Assembly (NCBI GenBank): GCA_964291625.2
Contig: OZ220089.1
Span: 4,640,001-4,704,000 of the forward strand
Length of the DNA: 64,000 bases
DNA from: Candidatus Latescibacterota bacterium
Lineage (GTDB): Bacteria > Latescibacterota > UBA2968 > UBA8231
Direction: 5' to 3'
How positions within the stretch are numbered: the stretch's first letter is position 1; each line of letters begins with the position of its first letter. The notes beneath the pieces are model-generated. The model made no database searches. It was not told the DNA's origin and worked only from the letters and a program-made list of their open reading frames with translations. Below are positions 1 to 8,284 of the stretch, one piece after another. The translations under genes and the position numbers were made by a program.

Positions 1-104
1 TGCTTCCCGTGGAGGCGGTTTGGGAAGGCGCGACCACGAACTACGAGGACAAGTTCGTGGGCCAGGGCCGACCGATCCACCGCCGCGTCCTCGAGAAGCC
101 CTGA
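1..104 (+). CDS. trmB: 3' end of probable tRNA (guanine-N7)-methyltransferase (partial, runs off window start)
   Basis: Frame from base 3 reads LPVEAVWEGATTNYEDKFVGQGRPIHRRVLEKP-stop; TxYExKF..G.PI is typical of the TrmB C-terminus. Confidence 0.6.
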   Translation, partial: LPVEAVWEGATTNYEDKFVGQGRPIHRRVLEKP

Positions 105-249
105 CCGCCGGCCAACCCTCTCCCGCGCGCCTCTGCCCCGGGCGTCCGAGGAGGGCGGGATAATCCCTCCCGTATCCTGGCTCAACTGAATAATTAACAG
201 CAAGTTAGATTCTCCCACGGGGGACTGCCCCGCGGGGTCGGATTTGTTC

Positions 250-279
250 TTGACATACCCTGCGTGGGGAAGGTATACT
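250..279 (+). promoter_or_regulatory. sigma70-type promoter of the dcw operon
   Basis: TTGACA (250-255), 18 bp spacer, TATACT (274-279) upstream of mraZ. Confidence 0.8.
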
Positions 280-284
280 ATGCC

Positions 285-320
285 GGGGTGGAAAATGGTG
301 TAATGTGGAGCTTAATGGTT
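285..320 (+). promoter_or_regulatory. MraZ-binding direct repeats
   Basis: GGGGTG/ATGGTG/GTGGAG/ATGGTT at 285, 295, 305, 315 (exact 10-bp period) just downstream of the promoter; matches the known GTGG-type MraZ boxes. Confidence 0.7.
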
Positions 321-350
321 CTTCCGGTTCAATGACCTTCGAGGAGCCCC

Positions 351-794
351 GTGAGCGCTCAATTCCTTGGAGAGTACGAGGTCCCCGTCGACGACAAGGG
401 CCGGATCTTCCTGCCCGCCGAGTTGCGGCGGAATCTCGAGCCGGAGGCGGACGACACCTTCGTGGTCATTCGGGGCCTGGACGGGTGCCTCACCGGGCAT
501 CCACGCAACCTGTGGGCCCAGATCGCGGAGAAGATGCTCCAGCTGCCATGGAAGGAGCAGCGGGTCAGACTGTATACGCGGGCCCTCCTGTCCCAGGCGA
601 CCGAGGTGAGACTCGACCGCCAGGGGCGTGCGTCTCTTCCGAAGAAGCTCCTGGACCGGGCCGGGATCGGCGACCGTCTGGTCGTCATCGGGGCCCTGGA
701 ACATCTCGAGTTCTGGGAGCCGGAGGCTTGGCAGGGATACCTGTCCCAGGCCGAGCCGACCTTGGAGGAAGTGGCCGAGACGCTGGATCTGTGA
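351..794 (+). CDS. mraZ: division/cell-wall cluster transcriptional repressor MraZ
   Basis: 147 aa, two DxKGR/DxQGR SpoVT-AbrB motifs, GAGGAG RBS, first gene of dcw cluster. Confidence 0.97.
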   Translation: MSAQFLGEYEVPVDDKGRIFLPAELRRNLEPEADDTFVVIRGLDGCLTGHPRNLWAQIAEKMLQLPWKEQRVRLYTRALLSQATEVRLDRQGRASLPKKLLDRAGIGDRLVVIGALEHLEFWEPEAWQGYLSQAEPTLEEVAETLDL

Positions 795-1760
795 GTGGCC
801 TACCACGTGCCGGTCATGGTCGAGGAGGTCGTCACCGGGTTGGCAACGGACCCCTCAGGGGTCTATGTGGACGCAACGGCCGGGGGGGGAGGGCACGCGG
901 AGGCCCTTCTTCGGGCTCTCGGAGAGAGGGGGCACCTGCTGGTATGCGATCGGGATGCAGCGGCTGTGAACGAGGCGGGCCGCCGGCTCGATCCGTACCG
1001 CGGACGGGTGACCTTTCTCCAGTGCGCGTTTTCCTCCCTCGGCCGGTCGGTGGCCCCACTCCTGGATCGCCTGGAGCGATCCGGAGTGGACGGGGTGCTC
1101 TTCGACCTGGGGGTCAGCTCCCACCAGATCGACGAGCCTGGGCGCGGATTCAGCTATCACCAGGACGGTCCCCTGGACATGCGCATGGACCGAGGAGCCG
1201 GAGAGCCCGCGGACCAACTGCTGGCGCGGGTCCGCGAGGCCGACCTGGTGGAGTTGATCAGAAGAAATGGTGAGGAACGGCAGGCGAGGCGCATCGCGCG
1301 TTCCATCTGCCGTTCCAGGGACGAAGGCCGCATGCAGACGACGGCGCAACTGGCCCGGGCGATCGAATCGACGCGCCCGGAACGACCGACCAAGACCCTC
1401 GCACGGGTGTTCCAGGCCCTGCGAATCGCCGTCAACGACGAGCTGACCGAGCTCGAGAAGGGGCTCCGGGCGGCCGTCGATCTGCTCGCACCGGGCGGCC
1501 GGCTCGCCGTCATCGCTTACCACTCCCTGGAGGACCGGATCGTCAAGCACAGGATGGGCAGCCTGATAAGGGGCTGTGTCTGCCCGCCGGATCTGCCCGC
1601 CTGTGCGTGCGGACGCAGGCCGACGTTCCTGCGCATCGGCCCGCCCCGCCGGCCCGGCGCCGAGGAGCAGGCCGCCAATTCCCGGTCCCGGAGCGCCACC
1701 CTGCGCCTCTTCGAGAAGGTCCCTCGTGTCTCCGGAGGCACCGGAGGAGCCGTCCGGTGA
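795..1760 (+). CDS. rsmH: 16S rRNA m4C1402 methyltransferase RsmH
   Basis: HVPVM, DATAGGGGH, DLGVSS, PLDMRMD, FQALRIAVN, HSLEDR motifs. Confidence 0.98.
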   Translation: MAYHVPVMVEEVVTGLATDPSGVYVDATAGGGGHAEALLRALGERGHLLVCDRDAAAVNEAGRRLDPYRGRVTFLQCAFSSLGRSVAPLLDRLERSGVDGVLFDLGVSSHQIDEPGRGFSYHQDGPLDMRMDRGAGEPADQLLARVREADLVELIRRNGEERQARRIARSICRSRDEGRMQTTAQLARAIESTRPERPTKTLARVFQALRIAVNDELTELEKGLRAAVDLLAPGGRLAVIAYHSLEDRIVKHRMGSLIRGCVCPPDLPACACGRRPTFLRIGPPRRPGAEEQAANSRSRSATLRLFEKVPRVSGGTGGAVR

Positions 1761-2047
1761 GGGCCTGGTTTCAGGGCGACTGGGTCCGGGCGCTGACCGT
1801 GCTCGCCATGGCGGCGGCGACGACGGCCTACGTGTGGATCAAGGTGCAGATCTCGGAACTGGCGCGCGCCTCCGAGGCGGCAGGGACCAGGGCCCAGGAA
1901 CTGGTGGTGGAGAGCTCCCGCCTCGAGGCCTCCCTCGACCGGGCGAGCCGGTCGAGCCTGCTGCGACAGCGGGCCGAAGGCGAGCTCGGAATGACCTATC
2001 CGGACCCGGGAGCCACGGTCGACCTCCTGGTCAGGGCATCGCGATGA
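1757..2047 (+). CDS. ftsL: cell division protein FtsL
   Basis: 96 aa from GTG overlapping the rsmH stop; one TM helix plus coiled coil ending ELGMxYP; canonical position. Confidence 0.8.
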   Translation: MRAWFQGDWVRALTVLAMAAATTAYVWIKVQISELARASEAAGTRAQELVVESSRLEASLDRASRSSLLRQRAEGELGMTYPDPGATVDLLVRASR

Positions 2048-4098
2048 CGAGCCGCGGCTCCCACGACGACGAACGCCGCCCCTTTGCCCTCGGCCGCCAC
2101 CGCCTGCGGTGGGTCCTGCTCGCCGGAGGTCTGATCTGGTCTCTCATCGGCTTGAGGCTTGTGCAGTTGCAGGCGATCGACCACGGCACCTACCAGCTGC
2201 GCGCCCGCAACCAGCATCAGCGGCAGATCCCGCTGAGCGCACGGCGCGGGGCCATCCTCGATCGCCGGGGCCGCGAGCTGGCATTCGACGTCACCGCCGT
2301 CTCCTTCTACTGCCGGCCCGCACAGGTCCGCGATCCCGACGCGGTGATGGCCCACTTCATGCGGTTTGGCCGACGCTCCGTCGACGCGGTGTCCCAGCTG
2401 ATCAGCGGCGGGCACCCCTTCGTCTATCTCCTCCGTCAGGTCGACGGTGAGCGGCTCCACCAGGTCCGCCAGAAGACCTTCGAAGGGGTGTACGAGCAAC
2501 TGGAGGTCCGCCGTCACTATCCCTACGGCCGCTTGGCCGGACAGCTCCTGGGGTTCACCGACATCGAGAACCGGGGCAAGGAGGGGACGGAGCTGGCCTT
2601 AGACGAGATCCTGGCCGAACGGGCCGGGTCCGCCCGATCCTACGTCGACGGCCTGGGGAACGTTCTTCCCGAGCGTTCGCAGCCGACCGCCGCCCCTCGG
2701 CACGGCGCCAGCGTCCATCTGACCATCGACGCCGCCATCCAGGAAATCCTGGAGGAAGAGCTGGCCCGCACCGTGGCTGAGACCCGGGCCGAGGGAGCCC
2801 TCGGCATCATCGTCGATCCACGGTCCGGGGAGATCCTGGCCATGGCCGGCATTCCCCTCTTCGATCCGAACGATCCGGGCGGAGTCCCCGCCAACCACCG
2901 CCGGAACCGTCTGGTCACCGATCCCTTCGAGCCAGGGTCGATCATCAAGCCCATCACCATGGCGGCCGTCCTCGATGCGGACCCGAGGGTCCTCGAGAGG
3001 AAGGTCTACTGCGAGCAGGGCGCCTACGCCCTGTCCATGGGGGACGTCATCCGGGACGTCAAGCCCCACGGCTGGCTGACACCGGCCGACGTGGTCGCCC
3101 AGTCGAGCAACATCGGGGTGATCAAGCTCGCCCAGGGGCTGGATCGGTCGAGCTACTACCAGTCCCTGCGCAGCTTCGGCTTCGGGACCCGGACCGGGAT
3201 CGGCCTTCCGGCGGAGAGCGCCGGGCTGTTGCGGCACGCCCGCGACTGGTCCAACCGCTCCCTGGAGACGATCTCCATCGGCCAGGAGATCAGCGTCACC
3301 GCGGTGCAGATGGTGCAGGCCTTCGGCGCCATCGCCAACGGGGGCATGCTGATGGCGCCGAAGGTGATCCAGGAGGTCCGGGATCCCGCGGGACAGATCC
3401 TGCGGCGGGAGGAACCGAAGCCCGTGCGCCGGGTCCTCTCCTCCAGAACCGCCTCGGTCCTCAAGGGAATGTTGCGGCGGGTGGTCAGCGACGGAACGGG
3501 GCGCAACGCGGCCATCGAAGGGGTCCAGGTGGCGGGCAAGACGGGGACCGCGCAACGCGCCCTTCCGGGGGGCGGCGGCTACGCCCAGGGCGAGTACATC
3601 GCTTCCTTCATCGGCTTCCTTCCGGCTACCGGGCAACCGCGCTACCTCTGCCTGGTCTCCGTGGAGAACCCGCGGCTCGGGAAGTGGGGGGGCGTCGTGG
3701 CGGCGCCCGCCTTCCGGCGCACCATGGAACGGATCCTCGTCCTCGACGGATCGCTGGCACCCGGCGGCATCCGGCCGGGCGCCCTGGCCGACGCCGCGAC
3801 CGAGGTCCCAGGCGAGGTCATGCCCGATTTCAGGGGGCTGGACGTGCCCCGGGTCAGGGTCCAGGCCCGCCGCCGGGATCTCAACCTCCGCTTCGAGGGC
3901 TCCGGCCCGATCGTGGTCGGCCAGGAGCCGGCGCCCAGGTCGCGCCGCACGGAGGCGGACATCCTGTGCCGTCTCGGCAGCCGGGCCGACCTGCTGGCCC
4001 TGGGGCTGCCCGAGGCGCCAATGCGCCAAGCCGTGCTGGTGCGCAAGCTGCAGGGCCCGCAGCTGGTGGCCCTCGCGCCGGGGGAGGGCGGGAGGTGA
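2044..4098 (+). CDS. ftsI: class B penicillin-binding protein FtsI/PBP3 with C-terminal PASTA-like domain
   Basis: RGAILDRRG, RHYPYG, GSIIK (SxxK), SSN, KTGT; VMPDFRGL PASTA-like tail. Confidence 0.95.
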   Translation: MTSRGSHDDERRPFALGRHRLRWVLLAGGLIWSLIGLRLVQLQAIDHGTYQLRARNQHQRQIPLSARRGAILDRRGRELAFDVTAVSFYCRPAQVRDPDAVMAHFMRFGRRSVDAVSQLISGGHPFVYLLRQVDGERLHQVRQKTFEGVYEQLEVRRHYPYGRLAGQLLGFTDIENRGKEGTELALDEILAERAGSARSYVDGLGNVLPERSQPTAAPRHGASVHLTIDAAIQEILEEELARTVAETRAEGALGIIVDPRSGEILAMAGIPLFDPNDPGGVPANHRRNRLVTDPFEPGSIIKPITMAAVLDADPRVLERKVYCEQGAYALSMGDVIRDVKPHGWLTPADVVAQSSNIGVIKLAQGLDRSSYYQSLRSFGFGTRTGIGLPAESAGLLRHARDWSNRSLETISIGQEISVTAVQMVQAFGAIANGGMLMAPKVIQEVRDPAGQILRREEPKPVRRVLSSRTASVLKGMLRRVVSDGTGRNAAIEGVQVAGKTGTAQRALPGGGGYAQGEYIASFIGFLPATGQPRYLCLVSVENPRLGKWGGVVAAPAFRRTMERILVLDGSLAPGGIRPGALADAATEVPGEVMPDFRGLDVPRVRVQARRRDLNLRFEGSGPIVVGQEPAPRSRRTEADILCRLGSRADLLALGLPEAPMRQAVLVRKLQGPQLVALAPGEGGR

Positions 4099-5546
4099 AG
4101 CTTCGCGACCTGATCGGCGCGATCCGGCCCGTCCACATCGGCGGATCCCTCGACGTGGAGATCGAATCGGTCGTCTCCGATTCGCGCCGGGCCGGCCCCG
4201 GAGCCCTGTTCGTGGCCGTTCGCGGCGGACAGGAGATCGACCGCCATTGTTTCGTCGATGATGCCCTCGCCCGCGGGGCTTCGGCGGTAGTGGTCGAGGA
4301 GGACGATGAGAGTCTGCCGTCGGCACGTATCCGCGTCGACGACTGCCGCCAGGCCCTGGCAGCCCTCGCGGCCCGGCTGCACGGCTGTCCGGCCCGATCC
4401 TTCCGGTGGCGCGTCGGGGTTACCGGAACCAACGGCAAGTCGACGACTGCCCTGCTTGTGCGCCACGTCCTGGAGGCCGCAGGGGCGCGCAGCGCCTACA
4501 TCGGGACCCTGGGATTCTCCTGCGGCGAAGGCATGGAGAGCCTCGACAACACCACGCCCGAGGCCGACCGGCTGCAGGCCCTGCTCGCCAGGGCCCGTGA
4601 CGCCGGATGCGACGCTCTGGTCATGGAGGTCTCCTCCCACGGTCTGGCTCTCCGCCGCGTCGACGGGATCGACTACTCGGTGGCCGTGTTTACCAATCTC
4701 ACGCGTGACCACCTCGACTTCCACGGCACCGAGGAGGACTACCTGGCGGCCAAGGCGACTCTCTTCCGGGGTCTCGGCCAGGGAGGGGCGGCGGTGGTGA
4801 ACGCCGATGATCCCCACGCTCCGGAGGTGGCGGCAAGCACTTCGGCCCGGGTGCTCACCTACGGCGAGAGGGGAGAGGACGTACGTCTCGCCAGCTTCGA
4901 CACCCGAGCGGGCTCCACCACCCTTCTGAAGCTGGAGACGCCGGCCGGAGAGTGGTCGGTGGAGACCAGCCTGGCGGGCCGGTTCAACCGCTGCAACGTG
5001 ATGGCCGCCGTCTGCACCGGCGTCGCCCTGGGGATCGATGCCGACGCCGTGCGGTCGGGAATCGCCGCCGTGTCCCAAGTGCCGGGCCGCTTCGAACGCC
5101 TGGACGAGGGCCAGCCCTTCGAAGTCATCGTCGACTACGCTCACACGCCCGCCGGTCTCGACACGGTGCTGCGCACCGCCAGGGAGTTGACGCGGGGCCG
5201 GCTTCTTTGCCTTTTTGGCTGTGGTGGCGACCGCGACAAGGGCAAGCGGCCTCTCATGGGGCGCGTCGCCGAGGATCTGGCCGATCTCGTCTTCCTCACC
5301 TCCGACAACCCGCGGGGGGAGCCGCCCGAGGAGATCATCGATCAGATCGTCGCCGGCATGCGCGAAGCCGACTCCGCCGTGGTTTGTCCGGATCGGCGCG
5401 CCGCCATCGATGCAGCCCTGCAAGAGGCCGGCGATGGGGACGTGGTGGTGGTGGCGGGCAAGGGGGACGAACCGTACCAGATCCTGGCCGACGGACCCAC
5501 CGACTTCGACGACCGCCAGGTCGTGCGCCAGGTGCTTCGCAAGTAA
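4095..5546 (+). CDS. murE: UDP-MurNAc-Ala-Glu--meso-diaminopimelate ligase MurE
   Basis: GVTGTNGKST, NTTP, MEVSSH, DHLDFH, DYAHTP, DNPR (DAP-specific motif), AGKG. Confidence 0.97.
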   Translation: MKLRDLIGAIRPVHIGGSLDVEIESVVSDSRRAGPGALFVAVRGGQEIDRHCFVDDALARGASAVVVEEDDESLPSARIRVDDCRQALAALAARLHGCPARSFRWRVGVTGTNGKSTTALLVRHVLEAAGARSAYIGTLGFSCGEGMESLDNTTPEADRLQALLARARDAGCDALVMEVSSHGLALRRVDGIDYSVAVFTNLTRDHLDFHGTEEDYLAAKATLFRGLGQGGAAVVNADDPHAPEVAASTSARVLTYGERGEDVRLASFDTRAGSTTLLKLETPAGEWSVETSLAGRFNRCNVMAAVCTGVALGIDADAVRSGIAAVSQVPGRFERLDEGQPFEVIVDYAHTPAGLDTVLRTARELTRGRLLCLFGCGGDRDKGKRPLMGRVAEDLADLVFLTSDNPRGEPPEEIIDQIVAGMREADSAVVCPDRRAAIDAALQEAGDGDVVVVAGKGDEPYQILADGPTDFDDRQVVRQVLRK

Positions 5547-6931
5547 TGTGGCGCGACATCCACATCGAGGAGGTCCGCACCTGGACGAGGGCGGAGTGGA
5601 GAGGAGGGGAGGATCTCAGGGGGCGGCTGGCGACGGGTGTCTCCACCGACACTCGAACCCTCGAGCCCGGCGAGATCTTCGTGGCCCTGGCGGGCGAGCG
5701 CTTCGATGGCCACGACCACGTCTCCGAGGCCTTCGAGAGGGGCGCGAGTTCGGCCATCGTCGATCGCCGGCGGGTGGATGGTCTCCGGTTGACGGGGCCG
5801 GCCAGGGCGGCTTGTCTGATGGTCGTGGATTCTCCGGTGCGGGCCCTGGGCCGGATGGCCCGCCACTACCGCCGGCGATTCGACCTGCCCGTGGTCGCCA
5901 TCACCGGCTCGTCCGGGAAAACGACGGTCAAGGAGATGGTCGCCGCGGTCCTCGGACGGCGGTTCCGGGTCCTGAAGACACCGGAGAACGAGAACAGCGA
6001 GATCGGTGTGCCCCGGGCCCTGCTGAGACTGTCGGCGGATCACTCCGCCGCGGTCCTCGAGCTCGCGGCGAGGCGGGTGGGGGACATCGAGTATCTGTGC
6101 CGGGTCGTGCAGCCTACGGTCGGGGTTCTGCTGAACATCGGCGCGGCGCACGCCGGTATATTTGGATCTGTAGAGAGAGTGGCCAAGGCCAAAGGGGAGC
6201 TCCTGGACGAAATCGTGGATGAGTCTTACGTGGCTCTCGTAAACGCCGACGACTGTGTCATTGCCAGGGAGGCTAAGAGGACAAAGGGGAGACTCCTTGG
6301 CTTCGGTTGGCGGCGTGAGAGCCATTTCAGTGGGGAGGGACTCTTCCTCGACCAGGAGGGCTGCGGCCACTTCTCTCTACAGAAAACCTCCTTCGATCTC
6401 CGCATCCCGGGGCGGCACAATGCGCACAACGCACTGGCGGCCATCGCATGTGCGCGCATGTGCGGCGTGCCCCTGGGGGAAGCCAGCGCCGCCCTGGGTG
6501 GGTTCCAGCCACTGCACATGCGCTCGGCCATTCTGCAGAGACGGGGAGTGCGGGTGATCGACGACTGTTACAACGCCAACCCCGGCTCGGTCCGGGCCGC
6601 CCTGGATCTGACGGCGGAGATCCCCGTCAAAGGCCGCCGGGTGGCCGTCCTCGGGGACATGATGGAGCTCGGCGAGGCGAGCGAATCCCTTCACGAGGGA
6701 ATCGGCCGCCACGCCGCAGACCGAGTCGATGTTCTGCTGGGCACCGGTTCCCAGAGCGTGTACACGGTGCGTGCGGCCCGGGAGGCGGGGCTGGACCCGC
6801 GCCGGGCTCTTCACTTCGAGGACCGGGGCGAGCTGATCCACCATCTGGAGCAGGAGGTTTCCGAAGGCGATCTGGTTCTCGTCAAGGGCTCTCGCGGCAT
6901 GGCCCTCGAATCGGTCGTCGAGGCTTTGTAG
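5546..6931 (+). CDS. murF: UDP-MurNAc-tripeptide--D-Ala-D-Ala ligase MurF
   Basis: TDTR, GERFDGH, ITGSSGKTT, NADD, DCYNANP, LGDMMELG, KGSRG. Confidence 0.96.
   Translation: MWRDIHIEEVRTWTRAEWRGGEDLRGRLATGVSTDTRTLEPGEIFVALAGERFDGHDHVSEAFERGASSAIVDRRRVDGLRLTGPARAACLMVVDSPVRALGRMARHYRRRFDLPVVAITGSSGKTTVKEMVAAVLGRRFRVLKTPENENSEIGVPRALLRLSADHSAAVLELAARRVGDIEYLCRVVQPTVGVLLNIGAAHAGIFGSVERVAKAKGELLDEIVDESYVALVNADDCVIAREAKRTKGRLLGFGWRRESHFSGEGLFLDQEGCGHFSLQKTSFDLRIPGRHNAHNALAAIACARMCGVPLGEASAALGGFQPLHMRSAILQRRGVRVIDDCYNANPGSVRAALDLTAEIPVKGRRVAVLGDMMELGEASESLHEGIGRHAADRVDVLLGTGSQSVYTVRAAREAGLDPRRALHFEDRGELIHHLEQEVSEGDLVLVKGSRGMALESVVEAL
6167..6383 (+). ncRNA. putative long rod-like RNA structure nested in the murF coding sequence
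   Basis: Six nested stems: 6167-6184/6365-6383, 6200-6210/6348-6358, 6217-6225/6339-6347, 6231-6238/6317-6324, 6243-6253/6306-6316, 6263-6271/6293-6301; G-U pairs favour the + strand; local drop in GC at third codon positions. Confidence 0.7.
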
Positions 6932-6950
6932 ATTCCGTCTCCCGGGCCCT

Positions 6951-7065
6951 GCCGCCGTCCCCTCGGCGGCGCCGTTTGACAGGCAGTCCCCGCGCCATCC
7001 CCTGGCGCGGCCCGAGGTTGGTATCACCCTCCCCCGGCGCGTGGTTTCGCGCCCCCCTTTGTCCT
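6951..7065 (+). promoter_or_regulatory. structured murF-ftsW spacer (three hairpins, two with UCCCC loops)
   Basis: GCCGCCG-tcccct-CGGCGGC (6951-6970), CCGCGCCA-tcccc-TGGCGCGG (6990-7010), GGCGCG-tggttt-CGCGCC (7036-7053), followed by CCCCTTTGTCCT. Confidence 0.6.
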
Positions 7066-7081
7066 GACGCTGGCTCGAGTC

Positions 7082-8284
7082 ATGCCGGACGCCTCGCAAC
7101 GTGCAGCTCGCCACGTTCTCCTGATCGCCACGATGCTCGTCGGCATCGGCGTCGTCATGGTGTACAGCTCCAGCTCGGCCCTGGCGGGAGCGAAGTTCGA
7201 GAACAGCGGATTCTTCCTTCAGCGCCAGCTGATGAGGGCCGCCTTCGGCCTGATCATGATGCTCCTCCTCTCGCGGGTGCCCCTCTCTCTGTGGCGTCTG
7301 CTGGCGCGGCCCCTGCTCCTGGTGGGCATCCTGCTCCTCGTCCTGGTGCTCATCCTGGGCGAGGGCCGGGGGGCGCAGCGCTGGCTTCCCTTCGGGCTGC
7401 CCTCCCTCGCCACCCTGTCCTTCCAGCCTTCCGAGTTCGTCAAGCTCGTCCTCGTCCTCTACCTGGCAGACGTGCTGGCACGGAAGCAAAGCGACATGGG
7501 CGACTGGAGACTGGGCCTGGCCCCCCGGCTCGCGGTGATCTCTGTCGTTCAGGTCCTGATCGTCCTGCAGCCCGACCTCGGCACGGCCCTGGCCATCAGC
7601 GCCATCTCCATGGTCATCCTCTGGCTCGGCGGGGCGGGCACCTCCCACCTGGCCCTGGTGGCCTCAGGGGCCGGCTTGGTGGCGGGCTGGTCGGTGCTGT
7701 CCTCGCCCTACCAGCTCGAGCGCGTGCGGACCTTCCTCGTGGGAGCGGATCCGCAGGGGGCCGGCTTCCAGGTGGACCAGGCGCTGCTGGCTCTCGGCAG
7801 CGGGGGCTGGCTCGGCGTCGGCCTCGGCAACAGCATGCAGAAGCACTACCTGCCAGAGCCACATACCGACTTCGTCTTCGCCTTCGTCGGCGAGGAACTC
7901 GGCTTGCTCGGCGCCCTGAGCATCATCTGCCTCTTCGTGGCCCTGTCCGTCCACGGCTACCGGATCGCCACGAGGGCCGCCACCTTCCACGGATTCCTCG
8001 TGGCCTCCGGGATCACGGTGATGGTGGGGACCTACGCTCTGCTCAACGTCGCCGTGGCAACCGGCCTCATGCCGACCACGGGACTGCCCCTGCCCTTCGT
8101 CAGCTACGGCGGATCCTCGCTGCTGCTGAACCTGAGCGGCATCGGCCTTCTCGCCGCCGTGGCCCGCGAGAAGGTACCGGCCGCGTCGACGGCCTGGCGC
8201 CGGCGCGGAGAGCTGTCGCGGCCCCATCCACCAGGCACCGATGACTACTGGGTCCCACGCCCGGCACCGGCGGGCAGCCAATGA
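7082..8284 (+). CDS. ftsW: SEDS peptidoglycan polymerase FtsW
   Basis: Multi-TM; MVYSSS, QRWL, FQPSEFVK, QPDLGT, LPEPHTDF, GLPLPFVSYGGSS. Confidence 0.96.
   Translation: MPDASQRAARHVLLIATMLVGIGVVMVYSSSSALAGAKFENSGFFLQRQLMRAAFGLIMMLLLSRVPLSLWRLLARPLLLVGILLLVLVLILGEGRGAQRWLPFGLPSLATLSFQPSEFVKLVLVLYLADVLARKQSDMGDWRLGLAPRLAVISVVQVLIVLQPDLGTALAISAISMVILWLGGAGTSHLALVASGAGLVAGWSVLSSPYQLERVRTFLVGADPQGAGFQVDQALLALGSGGWLGVGLGNSMQKHYLPEPHTDFVFAFVGEELGLLGALSIICLFVALSVHGYRIATRAATFHGFLVASGITVMVGTYALLNVAVATGLMPTTGLPLPFVSYGGSSLLLNLSGIGLLAAVAREKVPAASTAWRRRGELSRPHPPGTDDYWVPRPAPAGSQ

Noticed and set aside
6167-6383. Inverted repeat interpreted as IS/MITE termini or an invertible DNA segment
   Set aside because: Pairing continues through the whole interval with G-U pairs, there is no target-site duplication or recombinase, and the MurF sequence is uninterrupted
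6976-6981. TTGACA in the murF-ftsW spacer as an internal promoter
   Set aside because: No plausible -10 hexamer 16-18 bp downstream
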